A stretch of DNA of 32,000 bases from Pyrodictium occultum. GTDB lineage: Archaea > Thermoproteota > Thermoprotei_A > Sulfolobales > Pyrodictiaceae. The notes below the pieces were generated by a model, which had not been told where the DNA came from, did not search any database, and worked only from the letters and a program-made list of their open reading frames with translations. Both the position numbers and the translations under genes were made by a program. Location of the stretch: NCBI RefSeq assembly GCF_001462395.1, contig NZ_LNTB01000001.1:270001-302000 (forward strand), read 5' to 3'. The first letter of the stretch is position 1. Every line of letters begins with the position of its first letter. Shown here piece after piece: positions 8,373 to 15,393 of this stretch.

Positions 8373-10205
8373 CTAGCCCCTCTGGGCGTGCTTCTCCGCC
8401 AGGGGCACCGCGTCCTCTAGGCCGAGGCGGCGGAGGGTCTCCGGGAGGGGTACGCCGTTAGGCGCCCAGCCCCTCTCCTCGTAGTACATCCTCAGCATCT
8501 CCAGGAACCTGTCGCGGTCCAGCTTCGCGCCCTTCAGCGGCCCCTTAGTGAGGGGCTCGCGGAACCAGCGCTCCGGCGGCATGTCCATCTCTATGCTCCA
8601 GCCCCCATGCTCCCTCACCCATATCATCCTTATCAGCGCGTAGACGCGGTCCGCCACCTCGTTCATATACTCCATCGTGATGTCTAGCCCGGTGGCGGCG
8701 CGGAGGAGCCTTATGAAGTACTCGGGGTCTATCCCGGTCTCCACGACGGGGAACCGGCAGGCCACGGCGGTCTCGAAGAGGCCGCCGCGGAGCCTCTGCA
8801 GCTCTATAAGCTTCCTCACCTTCTCCCTGCTGTACTCCATGCGGCCGTGCTGCACCTCCCAGGCTATCAGCCAGGCGTCCTTGTGGTGGGCTCCTATCGG
8901 GCTGGTGGCGTAGGCCAGCGCCATGCCGGGGGCGGCGTGGCAGTCGTAGGCGCTCACCTCGAGCCCCTTCACGTGCATGGCGTACCAGGTCTCCCCTATC
9001 TTCCTGGAGGCCCTCGCGCTCCCCTCGGCCAGGAGGTCCCCGACGCCCCTGCGGAGTGCTATGTCCTGGACGAGCCCGGCTATCTTCCTGGTCTCGCCCC
9101 AGCCTGCGTCTAGCTCCAGCTTACCCCTCTCCGCCGCCTCCAGCGCGTAGCCGAGAGTGCCGCCGAGGCTTATCGTGTCGAGCCCGTACAGGTCGGCAAG
9201 CCTGTTGAGGACCGCCGCCTCCTCCAGCCTGGATATCCCCAGGTTGCTGCCCAGCATGGCGACGTTCTCGTAGTCGAGCTCTACCCTCCTCCCCTCCTCG
9301 TCCTCTATCACGTGGCCGCAGGGCATGACGCAGAGGGGGCAGCTGCGGAGGTCCACCTCTATCTTCTCCATGTAGCTGCCGCTTATCCCCCGGTAGCCCT
9401 CGAACACGCCCTCCCTGAAATTGTAGGCTGGGAGCACGCTCGCCTCCTGCGCCCACTCAACCGTGGCCATGGTGCCCTGGCGCATCCAGAACCCGTAGCT
9501 GGGGCTCTGCCGGACGGCCCTTATAGCCTCCGAGGCAGCCTTCATCAGTGCGTCCCTATCGAACACCTCGGGGCGCCTGCTGCCCCGCACGACTATAGCC
9601 TTCAGCCTCTTGCTGCCCATGACCGCGCCTAGGCCGGGCCTGCCGCCGCTCCGGCCCTTCTGGGCCACGACAGTGGCGAAGCGTACCAGGTTCTCCCCCG
9701 CTGGGCCTATGAGGAGTATGCCTGCATCCCTGCCATAGCGCTCCACGAGCCGGTCGTAGGCCTGGAAGGTGTCGAGCCCCCAGAGGTCCTCGGCGGGCTC
9801 CAGCCACGCCTTGTCATCCTCCACGACCAGTATCGAGGGCTTCTCCGCCGCGCCCTCAACCACTATGGCGTCCCAGCCCGCGGCCCTCAGCTGGACGGCC
9901 GCCCAGGACCCTATGTTCCCGTCCCCGTAGCCGCCGGTCAGCGGGCTCTTAGCCGCGACCACAAGCTTCCCCGTGTTGGGCCCGGGGAGCCCCGTGATTG
10001 GGCCCACGGCGGCGATGAAGAGGTTGCGGGGCCCGAGGGGGTCGGCGCCCGGCTCGAGGAATTCCCAGAGGATCTTGGCTGCGAAGCCCCTGCCGCCTAT
10101 GAAGAGCCGGGCCATCTCGCCCGGGTAGCGCCACTCCCGGAACTCTCCCCGGGAGAGGTCGGCCCAGAGGATCCTGCCGCTCCACCCGTAGGGGTTTGAG
10201 CCCAC
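8373..10205 (-). CDS. aor: Aldehyde:ferredoxin oxidoreductase family tungstoenzyme
   Basis: 610 aa. N-terminus GWSGRILWADLS is typical of the AOR family. [4Fe-4S] ligand motif CPLCVMPC (C-x2-C-x3-C) plus a distal Cys (AVACRF). GTG start. The subfamily (AOR/FOR/GAPOR/WOR) cannot be decided by eye. Confidence 0.9.
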   Translation of the reverse strand: MGSNPYGWSGRILWADLSRGEFREWRYPGEMARLFIGGRGFAAKILWEFLEPGADPLGPRNLFIAAVGPITGLPGPNTGKLVVAAKSPLTGGYGDGNIGSWAAVQLRAAGWDAIVVEGAAEKPSILVVEDDKAWLEPAEDLWGLDTFQAYDRLVERYGRDAGILLIGPAGENLVRFATVVAQKGRSGGRPGLGAVMGSKRLKAIVVRGSRRPEVFDRDALMKAASEAIRAVRQSPSYGFWMRQGTMATVEWAQEASVLPAYNFREGVFEGYRGISGSYMEKIEVDLRSCPLCVMPCGHVIEDEEGRRVELDYENVAMLGSNLGISRLEEAAVLNRLADLYGLDTISLGGTLGYALEAAERGKLELDAGWGETRKIAGLVQDIALRRGVGDLLAEGSARASRKIGETWYAMHVKGLEVSAYDCHAAPGMALAYATSPIGAHHKDAWLIAWEVQHGRMEYSREKVRKLIELQRLRGGLFETAVACRFPVVETGIDPEYFIRLLRAATGLDITMEYMNEVADRVYALIRMIWVREHGGWSIEMDMPPERWFREPLTKGPLKGAKLDRDRFLEMLRMYYEERGWAPNGVPLPETLRRLGLEDAVPLAEKHAQRG

Positions 10206-10243
10206 TAAAAAGCCACCGCGTAAAGCCGGGGCTGGAGGGGCTG

Positions 10244-10249
10244 AAAAAA
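10244..10249 (-). terminator. T6 tract between the mini-ORF and aor (terminator and/or aor TATA-like element)
   Basis: On the - strand this reads GCTTTTTTCAG. It lies 18 nt after the mini-ORF stop and about 40 nt upstream of the aor GTG. The role is ambiguous. Confidence 0.25.
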
Positions 10250-10266
10250 GCAGCCGCAGAGCAGCG

Positions 10267-10401
10267 CTAGTGCCTCCGGGCCGGGTGCACTGGGGCCTCG
10301 AAGAGGTACTCGAGGCTTATCAGCGCGTAGATTATGCCCCAGACCTTGTCTCCCTGGATCTCCGTGGCAGCCTTGTAGGCGAAGAGGAGGGCCAGGGCCA
10401 T
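10267..10401 (-). CDS. Unannotated 44-aa hydrophobic mini-protein (MALALLFAYKAATEIQGDKVWGIIYALISLEYLFEAPVHPARRH)
   Basis: Too short for the ORF track. It is the only frame here with genome-typical codon usage (CTC, GCC, ATA, AGG; G/C third positions). The two listed ORFs in the other frames are R/P/G junk. ATG lies 26 nt downstream of a GTATAGTAG TATA element. TAG stop is followed by a T6 tract. Confidence 0.4.
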   Translation of the reverse strand: MALALLFAYKAATEIQGDKVWGIIYALISLEYLFEAPVHPARRH

Positions 10402-10427
10402 GTAGAGGAGGAGGCGGAGCCTCCCAC

Positions 10428-10436
10428 CTACTATAC
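10428..10436 (-). promoter_or_regulatory. TATA element GTATAGTAG upstream of the mini-ORF
   Basis: The same 9-mer occurs in front of the POR operon (13124-13132). Spacing to the start codon is 26 nt here versus 24 nt there, which suggests leaderless transcripts. Confidence 0.4.
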
Positions 10437-10607
10437 ATACCTACCCCGCGTGATCCTCGCTAGAGCAGCCATGCTCTCCTCCCTTGCGGCACGTACCCAC
10501 GCATACTAAGGAAGGAACGCCCCCGGGTAATAACCTGCCGCGGCCGGGGAGGGCCCCGCCTTTATACCGAGGCCTCCCCGGGGAGGCGCCTCCCCTGGGG
10601 GCTGGCC

Positions 10608-11558
10608 GTGGCGGCCCGATACGTCGTTGTAGCCGCGCCCGGCGTCCCCGAGAGCTTCGCTGAGGGGCTCGCCAGGAGCCTGGGCGCGGAGCTGGCCCGC
10701 GCCGAGCACAAGCTGTTCCCCGACGGGGAGAGCTACGTCAGGATACCCGCCGGCCTCGATGGCGCCGTGGCGGTGGTAGCCTCAACCGGCTACCCGGAGC
10801 CGACGAGGAGGCTCTGGGAGGCGGCCCTCCTTGCCGAGGCCTCCCGGGGGCTCGGCGCCAGCCACGTGGTCGCGGTGATGGGGTATACCCCCTACAGCCG
10901 GCAGGACCGCCGCTTCATCCGCGGCGAGCCGGTGAGCATCCGCGTCACCCTAGGCCTCCTAGCGTCCAGCGGCGCCGAGGCCTTCGCGGCCGTGGACCTG
11001 CATAAGCCGGAGAGCCTCCACTGGTTCCCGGGCCCCGCGGCCAGCGTGGACCCCAGCCCAGCGTTCGCCGAGAGGCTCCGCGGGGCCGCGGAGGCCGCCG
11101 AGAAGATCTACGTGATCGCCCCCGACCGGGGCGCCTTCCACCGGGCCCGCAGGCTCGCCGAGAGGCTGGGGGCGGCCTTCGACTACCTTGAGAAGAGCAG
11201 GGACAGGGTAACCGGGGAGATAACAATGAGGCCCAAGACGCTCGACGTCAGGGGCGCCACGGTAGTGATAGTCGACGATATAGTGAGCACCGGGGGGACC
11301 ATGGCCAGGGCCGCGGAGATCCTCCTCCAGCAGGGAGCCCGGGAGGTCATAGCAGCCTGCACCCACGGCCTCTTCGCGGGCGACGCCCTCCAGAAGCTTA
11401 GGAAGGCAGGGGTATCCAGGATACTAGCCGGCAACACCGTGAAGCCCCCGGAGGGCGTGGAGGAGGTGGACGTGAGCAGGCAGGTAGCCGCGGCGATCGA
11501 CAGGCTCGTGGAAGCCGTGGCGGGCTACGAGCAGGAGAAGCCCCAGAAGCGGGGCTAG
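10608..11558 (+). CDS. prs: Ribose-phosphate pyrophosphokinase (PRPP synthetase)
   Basis: 316 aa. KLFPDGESYVRIP near the N-terminus, PY.RQDR motif (YTPYSRQDRRF), and PRPP-binding loop VVIVDDIVSTGGTM. GTG start. TTTATA box at 10561-10566. Confidence 0.9.
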   Translation: MAARYVVVAAPGVPESFAEGLARSLGAELARAEHKLFPDGESYVRIPAGLDGAVAVVASTGYPEPTRRLWEAALLAEASRGLGASHVVAVMGYTPYSRQDRRFIRGEPVSIRVTLGLLASSGAEAFAAVDLHKPESLHWFPGPAASVDPSPAFAERLRGAAEAAEKIYVIAPDRGAFHRARRLAERLGAAFDYLEKSRDRVTGEITMRPKTLDVRGATVVIVDDIVSTGGTMARAAEILLQQGAREVIAACTHGLFAGDALQKLRKAGVSRILAGNTVKPPEGVEEVDVSRQVAAAIDRLVEAVAGYEQEKPQKRG

Positions 11559-11951
11559 GCACAAGCCCCCCGCACCCCCTACCAGCCCCCGGAGCCCCGT
11601 GGGCAAGGACGCCCCGGCGAGGGGCCCGATGAGTCCACGGCCTCCTGGGCGCCCGCCAGCCCCTCCCCGCTAGGGGCGCGGCGGCGGAGCCGGGGAACCC
11701 GTAGCCCGGCGCGCAGCCATTATTATCCCGCCCGGCAGCCTACACTAATCCAGGAGCGTTTATCCCGGCGCCTCCTCGGCCGACACCCGGGGGCGAGGCC
11801 GCCGAGGCCCCGGCGGCTCTATGACCCCGGGGCCGGCTAGGGGCCGCGGTCAAACCCCCAGCCCCTGGGCCCGACGGTGGACGCAGCCTCGGGGCCAGGC
11901 TTCTAGGCCCCCGGGGCTGCGGTGGCGAGTTGTGGGGCCTCCACACGCGGA

Positions 11952-11967
11952 CCCTCCCCGGGGAGGG
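11952..11967. repeat. 16-nt perfect palindrome CCCTCCCCGGGGAGGG inside the 449-bp non-coding gap
   Basis: Read directly from the sequence. The 14-nt core CCTCCCCGGGGAGG also occurs at 10573-10586 in the prs leader. Confidence 0.6.
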
Positions 11968-12007
11968 GCTGAGGAGCAGGCTAGGCACCGAGCAGCCCCC
12001 GGGGGGC

Positions 12008-12916
12008 CTACCCGTAGATCAGCCTCGTGAGGCGCTCGAGGCCCGGGTGGAGCTTGTACCTGGGCTCCCTCACCCCGTCCCTCTCCGCCGCCTCCGCCAG
12101 GCAGCCCAGGGCCCAGGCCGGCTGGGAGAGCACCGTCTCCCAGCAGCTCCTCCCCGGCGGCACAGCGCTCACCGGCACCCCGGCCTCCCTGAGGGCCTCG
12201 AGCACCTCCTCCTGCCTCCCCCGGGGCGCTGTGCTCGAGAGGTAGAGGGCCACGCTATCCGCGGCGTAGACGGGGGCGTGGACCAGCTGCTCAAGCCTCT
12301 CGCTCCTGGCGGGCATGGCGTAGGCCTCGTAGAGCTTGAGCACGGTGTACAGCGCGCTGCTGTAGGCCTCCGCCGCGCCCGCGTGCACCCCGGCCATTAG
12401 CGCGCCGCAGCCCGCGGCCGCGGGGCCGGGCCAGGAGACCCTCTCCCCCATGGCGGCCGCCAGGGCTGCGAGCATCGCCAGGTGCCGGGCCGCCCCCACG
12501 CCTGCAGCGAGCCCGGTATAGGTGAGCTGCACCACGCTGCCGGCTAGCCTCGCGAGCGGGGTGCCGGGCCCCGTGACTGCCACGACGCGGCCGCCTAGCC
12601 GGCGGTAGGCCTCGACGGCCTCCAGGACGCTGCGGGTCCTGCCCCCGACGCTCAGCGCCAGGAGGAGGCAGCCCCTCCCGGCCGCGGCCTCCAGGGCGCC
12701 GGTGGTCACCGCGTCGAAGGGGTCGAGGGCCCTGGCCCGGCCGCGGCTGCAGGCCTCCAGGGCCAGGGCCGCGGCGTAGCTGTCGCCGGCCCCCACTGCT
12801 AGTATGCACTCCTCGCCGGCTAGTATGGGCTCCGTCGAGGACGCCTGCTCCGCCACCAGCCTGGGGGCCTGAGCTAGCTCCCTCCGGAGCGCCTCCGCCA
12901 GCGGGGCTCCGGCCAC
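12008..12916 (-). CDS. Double-SIS-domain sugar-phosphate isomerase/deaminase (GlmS C-terminal-like)
   Basis: SIS motifs ILAVGAGDSYAAALA and LLLALSVGGRTRSVLEAV. The second half, ALYTVLKLYEAYAMPARSERLEQLVHAP, parallels the GlmS/AgaS motif ALKLKE..HAE..ELKHGP. Substrate unknown. Confidence 0.75.
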   Translation of the reverse strand: MAGAPLAEALRRELAQAPRLVAEQASSTEPILAGEECILAVGAGDSYAAALALEACSRGRARALDPFDAVTTGALEAAAGRGCLLLALSVGGRTRSVLEAVEAYRRLGGRVVAVTGPGTPLARLAGSVVQLTYTGLAAGVGAARHLAMLAALAAAMGERVSWPGPAAAGCGALMAGVHAGAAEAYSSALYTVLKLYEAYAMPARSERLEQLVHAPVYAADSVALYLSSTAPRGRQEEVLEALREAGVPVSAVPPGRSCWETVLSQPAWALGCLAEAAERDGVREPRYKLHPGLERLTRLIYG

Positions 12917-13120
12917 TCCGTGGCCACCCCGGGGGGCCTGGCGCCCCGGCCGGGTATTAGGAGGGGCCCGGCTACTGTGCAGCGCCGGCCCCCGTGTGGT
13001 TCGACTATCGTGCCAGCTGGCTACTACAATCAGGCGCTGGGAAGGGATAGGAGTTATTAGTTAGCCCACCACTGTAGCAGTGCAGCCCCGGGGGCTTCCT
13101 CCAGCCCTCTCCAAAGCCCT

Positions 13121-13132
13121 AAGGTATAGTAG
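13121..13132 (+). promoter_or_regulatory. POR operon promoter (AAGGTATAGTAG)
   Basis: The TATA element ends 24 nt before GTG 13157, consistent with a leaderless first gene. The RGGTATAR core recurs at 27267-27276 and 27631-27640 on the - strand. Confidence 0.45.
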
Positions 13133-13156
13133 TGCCTGGGGCTCTCCAGAACACGT

Positions 13157-13756
13157 GTGACCGCCCTGGTGGTAGGCTTGACGCGTGTAGAAATCAGGTT
13201 CCACGGCCGGGGAGGCCAGGGAGCCGTCACGGCTGCCGAGGTGCTCGCCGCCGCCGCGATCCGGGAGGGCAAGTACGCTATGGCCTTCCCCGAGTACGGC
13301 GCCGAGCGCCGCGGGGCCCCGGTGCTCGCCTTCGTCAGGATAGACGACAAGGTTATCCTCGAGAGGGAGCCGGTCCTCGAGCCCGACATAGTTGTAGTCC
13401 TGGACCCGAGCCTGGTGCCCAGCATATACATGAGGGGGCTTAAGCCGAGCGGGCTAACGGTGATAAATACTAAGAAGAGCCCCGAGGAGGCCGCCGAGTT
13501 CATCAGGAGCCATGGACTGAACCCGCCCCGCTGCGTGGCGACCGTCGACGCGACTAGCATAGCTCTCAAGCACCTGGGGGCGCCGATAGTGAATACCTCG
13601 ATGCTCGGCGCCCTGGCACGGGCCTCCAAGGTCGTGGAGCTCGACTCGCTCGAGCATAGTATAGAGGAGTATTTCGAGGATAAGCCCAGGATTATTGAAC
13701 CCAACCTGCGCGCGGTGGAGGAGGCCTACTCCTCGACGGAGGTGGTCTGCCTGTGA
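13157..13756 (+). CDS. 2-oxoacid:ferredoxin oxidoreductase, gamma subunit (POR/VOR type)
   Basis: EIRFHGRGGQGAVTAAEVLA and FPEYGAERRGAP are hallmark gamma-subunit motifs. It is the first gene of a gamma-delta-alpha-beta operon. Start is GTG 13157, or TTG 13178. Confidence 0.9.
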   Translation: MTALVVGLTRVEIRFHGRGGQGAVTAAEVLAAAAIREGKYAMAFPEYGAERRGAPVLAFVRIDDKVILEREPVLEPDIVVVLDPSLVPSIYMRGLKPSGLTVINTKKSPEEAAEFIRSHGLNPPRCVATVDATSIALKHLGAPIVNTSMLGALARASKVVELDSLEHSIEEYFEDKPRIIEPNLRAVEEAYSSTEVVCL

Positions 13757-14094
13757 GCATGGACCGCTACCTGGGTAAAAAGTACCCCGAGACCATGGAA
13801 GACCTCCCGATAGCGGCTATCGTGCCCTGGCCGGGCAGCACCGAGGAGGTTGACGTAAGCTCCTGGAGGACATTCCGCCCGGTGATAAACCAGGAGAAGT
13901 GTATCCGGTGCCGCCTCTGCTGGGTCTACTGCCCGGATAGCGCTATCCTCGAGCTGGACAAGGAGTACACCAACAAGCAGGGCAAGAAGTTCAGGATAAC
14001 TTTCGAGGTTGACTACCAGCACTGCAAGGGCTGCGGTATCTGCGCCTTCGAGTGCCCCGTGAACGCGATAGAGATGGTGCCGGAGGAGAGGTGA
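13753..14094 (+). CDS. 2-oxoacid:ferredoxin oxidoreductase, delta subunit (2x[4Fe-4S] ferredoxin)
   Basis: Two cluster motifs, CIRCRLCWVYCP and CKGCGICAFECP. The start overlaps the gamma stop in GTGA (13753-13756). ATG 13759 is an alternative start. Confidence 0.9.
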   Translation: MSMDRYLGKKYPETMEDLPIAAIVPWPGSTEEVDVSSWRTFRPVINQEKCIRCRLCWVYCPDSAILELDKEYTNKQGKKFRITFEVDYQHCKGCGICAFECPVNAIEMVPEER

Positions 14095-15350
14095 GGAGGG
14101 CAGTGGCGGCGCTGGAGGCCAGGAGCCGGGAGCGGGCTGAGGCGCGGCAGGCCCAGAGGATAGCCGCTAAGGGTAACTACGCCGCCGCTCTCGCTGTCCG
14201 CGACGTCGATATAGACGTGGCCGCTATATACCCGATAACCCCGCAGGCCCAGATAGCCGAGAAGATAACCGAGATGGTTGCCAACGGGGAGCTCGACGCC
14301 GAGGTAATACCCGTCGAGGGCGAGCACAGCGCTATGAGCGCTGTCATCGCCGCAGCCGCCACCGGCGCCAGGGTGTTCACCGCCACGAGCAGCCAGGGCC
14401 TCGAGTACATGCACGAGATGCTCTACATAGCCAGTGGCCTCCGCCAACCAGTGGTCATGGCTATAGCTACTCGCGCGCTCAGCGCGCCGCTGAACATATG
14501 GAACGACTACAGCGACGTCATGGGAATGAGGGATACCGGCTGGATAATAATATTTAGCGAGACCGTGCAGGAGGTGTACGACAACCTGATCCAGGCCTAC
14601 TATATAGCCGAGCACCCGGACGTGCTGCTCCCCGTAGCCGTGACGCTCGACGGCTACATACTCAGCCACACGGTGGAGCCCCTGGAGCCTATACCCAGGG
14701 AGGAGGTGCTGAAGTACGCGGCCAAGAGGCCCAGGGGGTACCGGCCGGTGCTGGACCCCGACAAGCCCATGACGTTCGGCGTTGTCGGCGGCCCCGACTG
14801 GTACTACGAGGCCAAGGTACAGCAGGACCTGGCGCTCCGCGAGTCGCCCCGCGTGATAGAGGAGGCCGCGAGGGAGTTCGAGAAGAGGTTCGGCCGCCGC
14901 TACGGCCTCATAGAGGAGTACATGATGGAGGACGCCGAGGTGGCTATAGTGAGCCTCGGGGCCACCGCGAGCCTGGTGAAGGCCGCCGTCAACAGGCTGC
15001 GCGAGGAGGGCGTGAGGGCGGGGATGGTGAAGATCCGCGTCTACCGGCCCTTCCCCGCCGAGCAGGTGGCCAAGGCGCTTGAGAACGTCAAGGCCGTCGG
15101 CGTGCTCGACCGCGCCCTCGCATTCGGCGCCGCTGTGGAGGGACCCCTCTTCCTAGACGTCTCGGCGGCGCTCGCCGTGAGGGGGATCACGAAGCCTATG
15201 GCGAGCTTCGTCCACGGCCTCGGCGGCCGCGACATATACGTGAAGGATGTGGTGGAGATGTACAAGAAGCTCCTGAACATCGCGGAGACAGGCAGGAGCG
15301 AGCCCCGCACACTATTCTACGGGGTTAGGAGCAGGATGAGGCTCCACTAG
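14091..15350 (+). CDS. 2-oxoacid:ferredoxin oxidoreductase, alpha subunit
   Basis: AAIYPITPQAQIAE is the typical alpha N-terminal motif. About 419 aa. GTG 14091 was chosen because it overlaps the delta stop as GTGA. The ORF-track start at 14052 lies inside delta. Confidence 0.9.
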   Translation: MRRAVAALEARSRERAEARQAQRIAAKGNYAAALAVRDVDIDVAAIYPITPQAQIAEKITEMVANGELDAEVIPVEGEHSAMSAVIAAAATGARVFTATSSQGLEYMHEMLYIASGLRQPVVMAIATRALSAPLNIWNDYSDVMGMRDTGWIIIFSETVQEVYDNLIQAYYIAEHPDVLLPVAVTLDGYILSHTVEPLEPIPREEVLKYAAKRPRGYRPVLDPDKPMTFGVVGGPDWYYEAKVQQDLALRESPRVIEEAAREFEKRFGRRYGLIEEYMMEDAEVAIVSLGATASLVKAAVNRLREEGVRAGMVKIRVYRPFPAEQVAKALENVKAVGVLDRALAFGAAVEGPLFLDVSAALAVRGITKPMASFVHGLGGRDIYVKDVVEMYKKLLNIAETGRSEPRTLFYGVRSRMRLH

Positions 15351-15393
15351 CCCCCACGCTCATGGACCGGCCCGTCTAGAGGGGTGGGATTCG

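Noticed and set aside
10205-10509. Track ORFs 10205-10438 (-) and 10270-10509 (+) in the aor/prs spacer.
   Set aside because: The translations are junk-like. The third frame on the - strand contains the shorter but codon-typical 44-aa ORF, which has a properly spaced TATA box, so it was preferred.
10573-11966. Identical 14-nt palindrome CCTCCCCGGGGAGG on both sides of prs (10573-10586 and 11953-11966), read as terminal inverted repeats of a mobile cassette.
   Set aside because: The element is short and consists almost entirely of G and C. Chance repeats of this length are expected in a 32-kb window at this composition. There are no flanking direct repeats, no transposase or integrase, and prs is a core gene.
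11559-12007. The gap as a known structured RNA: SRP RNA, RNase P RNA, tRNA or C/D-box sRNA.
   Set aside because: On both strands I looked for the SRP helix-8 signature (..AGG..GGAA..AGCA..), the RNase P CR-I GGAAAGUCC-like box, T-loop GGTTCRAATCC, and C (RUGAUGA) / D (CUGA) box pairs at sRNA spacing. None was found convincingly. GGGGCCGGCTAGG at about 11828 only vaguely resembles an SRP 5' end. This cannot be excluded without a covariance-model search.
11740-12030. Track ORFs 11740-11988 (-) and 11821-12030 (+) as proteins filling the prs/SIS gap.
   Set aside because: The sequences are Pro/Arg/Gly-rich with mixed third-position composition, unlike real genes here. There are no motifs. The interval is treated as non-coding.
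12917-13156. The 240-bp divergent spacer between the SIS gene and the POR operon as something beyond promoters (small hairpin CACTG-TAG-CAGTG at 13070-13082; similar ACTGT..GCAGC words at about 12973 and 13071).
   Set aside because: The elements are short and weak. The spacer length is normal for two divergent promoters, and both candidate TATA boxes are present (12954-12960 on the - strand, 13121-13132 on the + strand).
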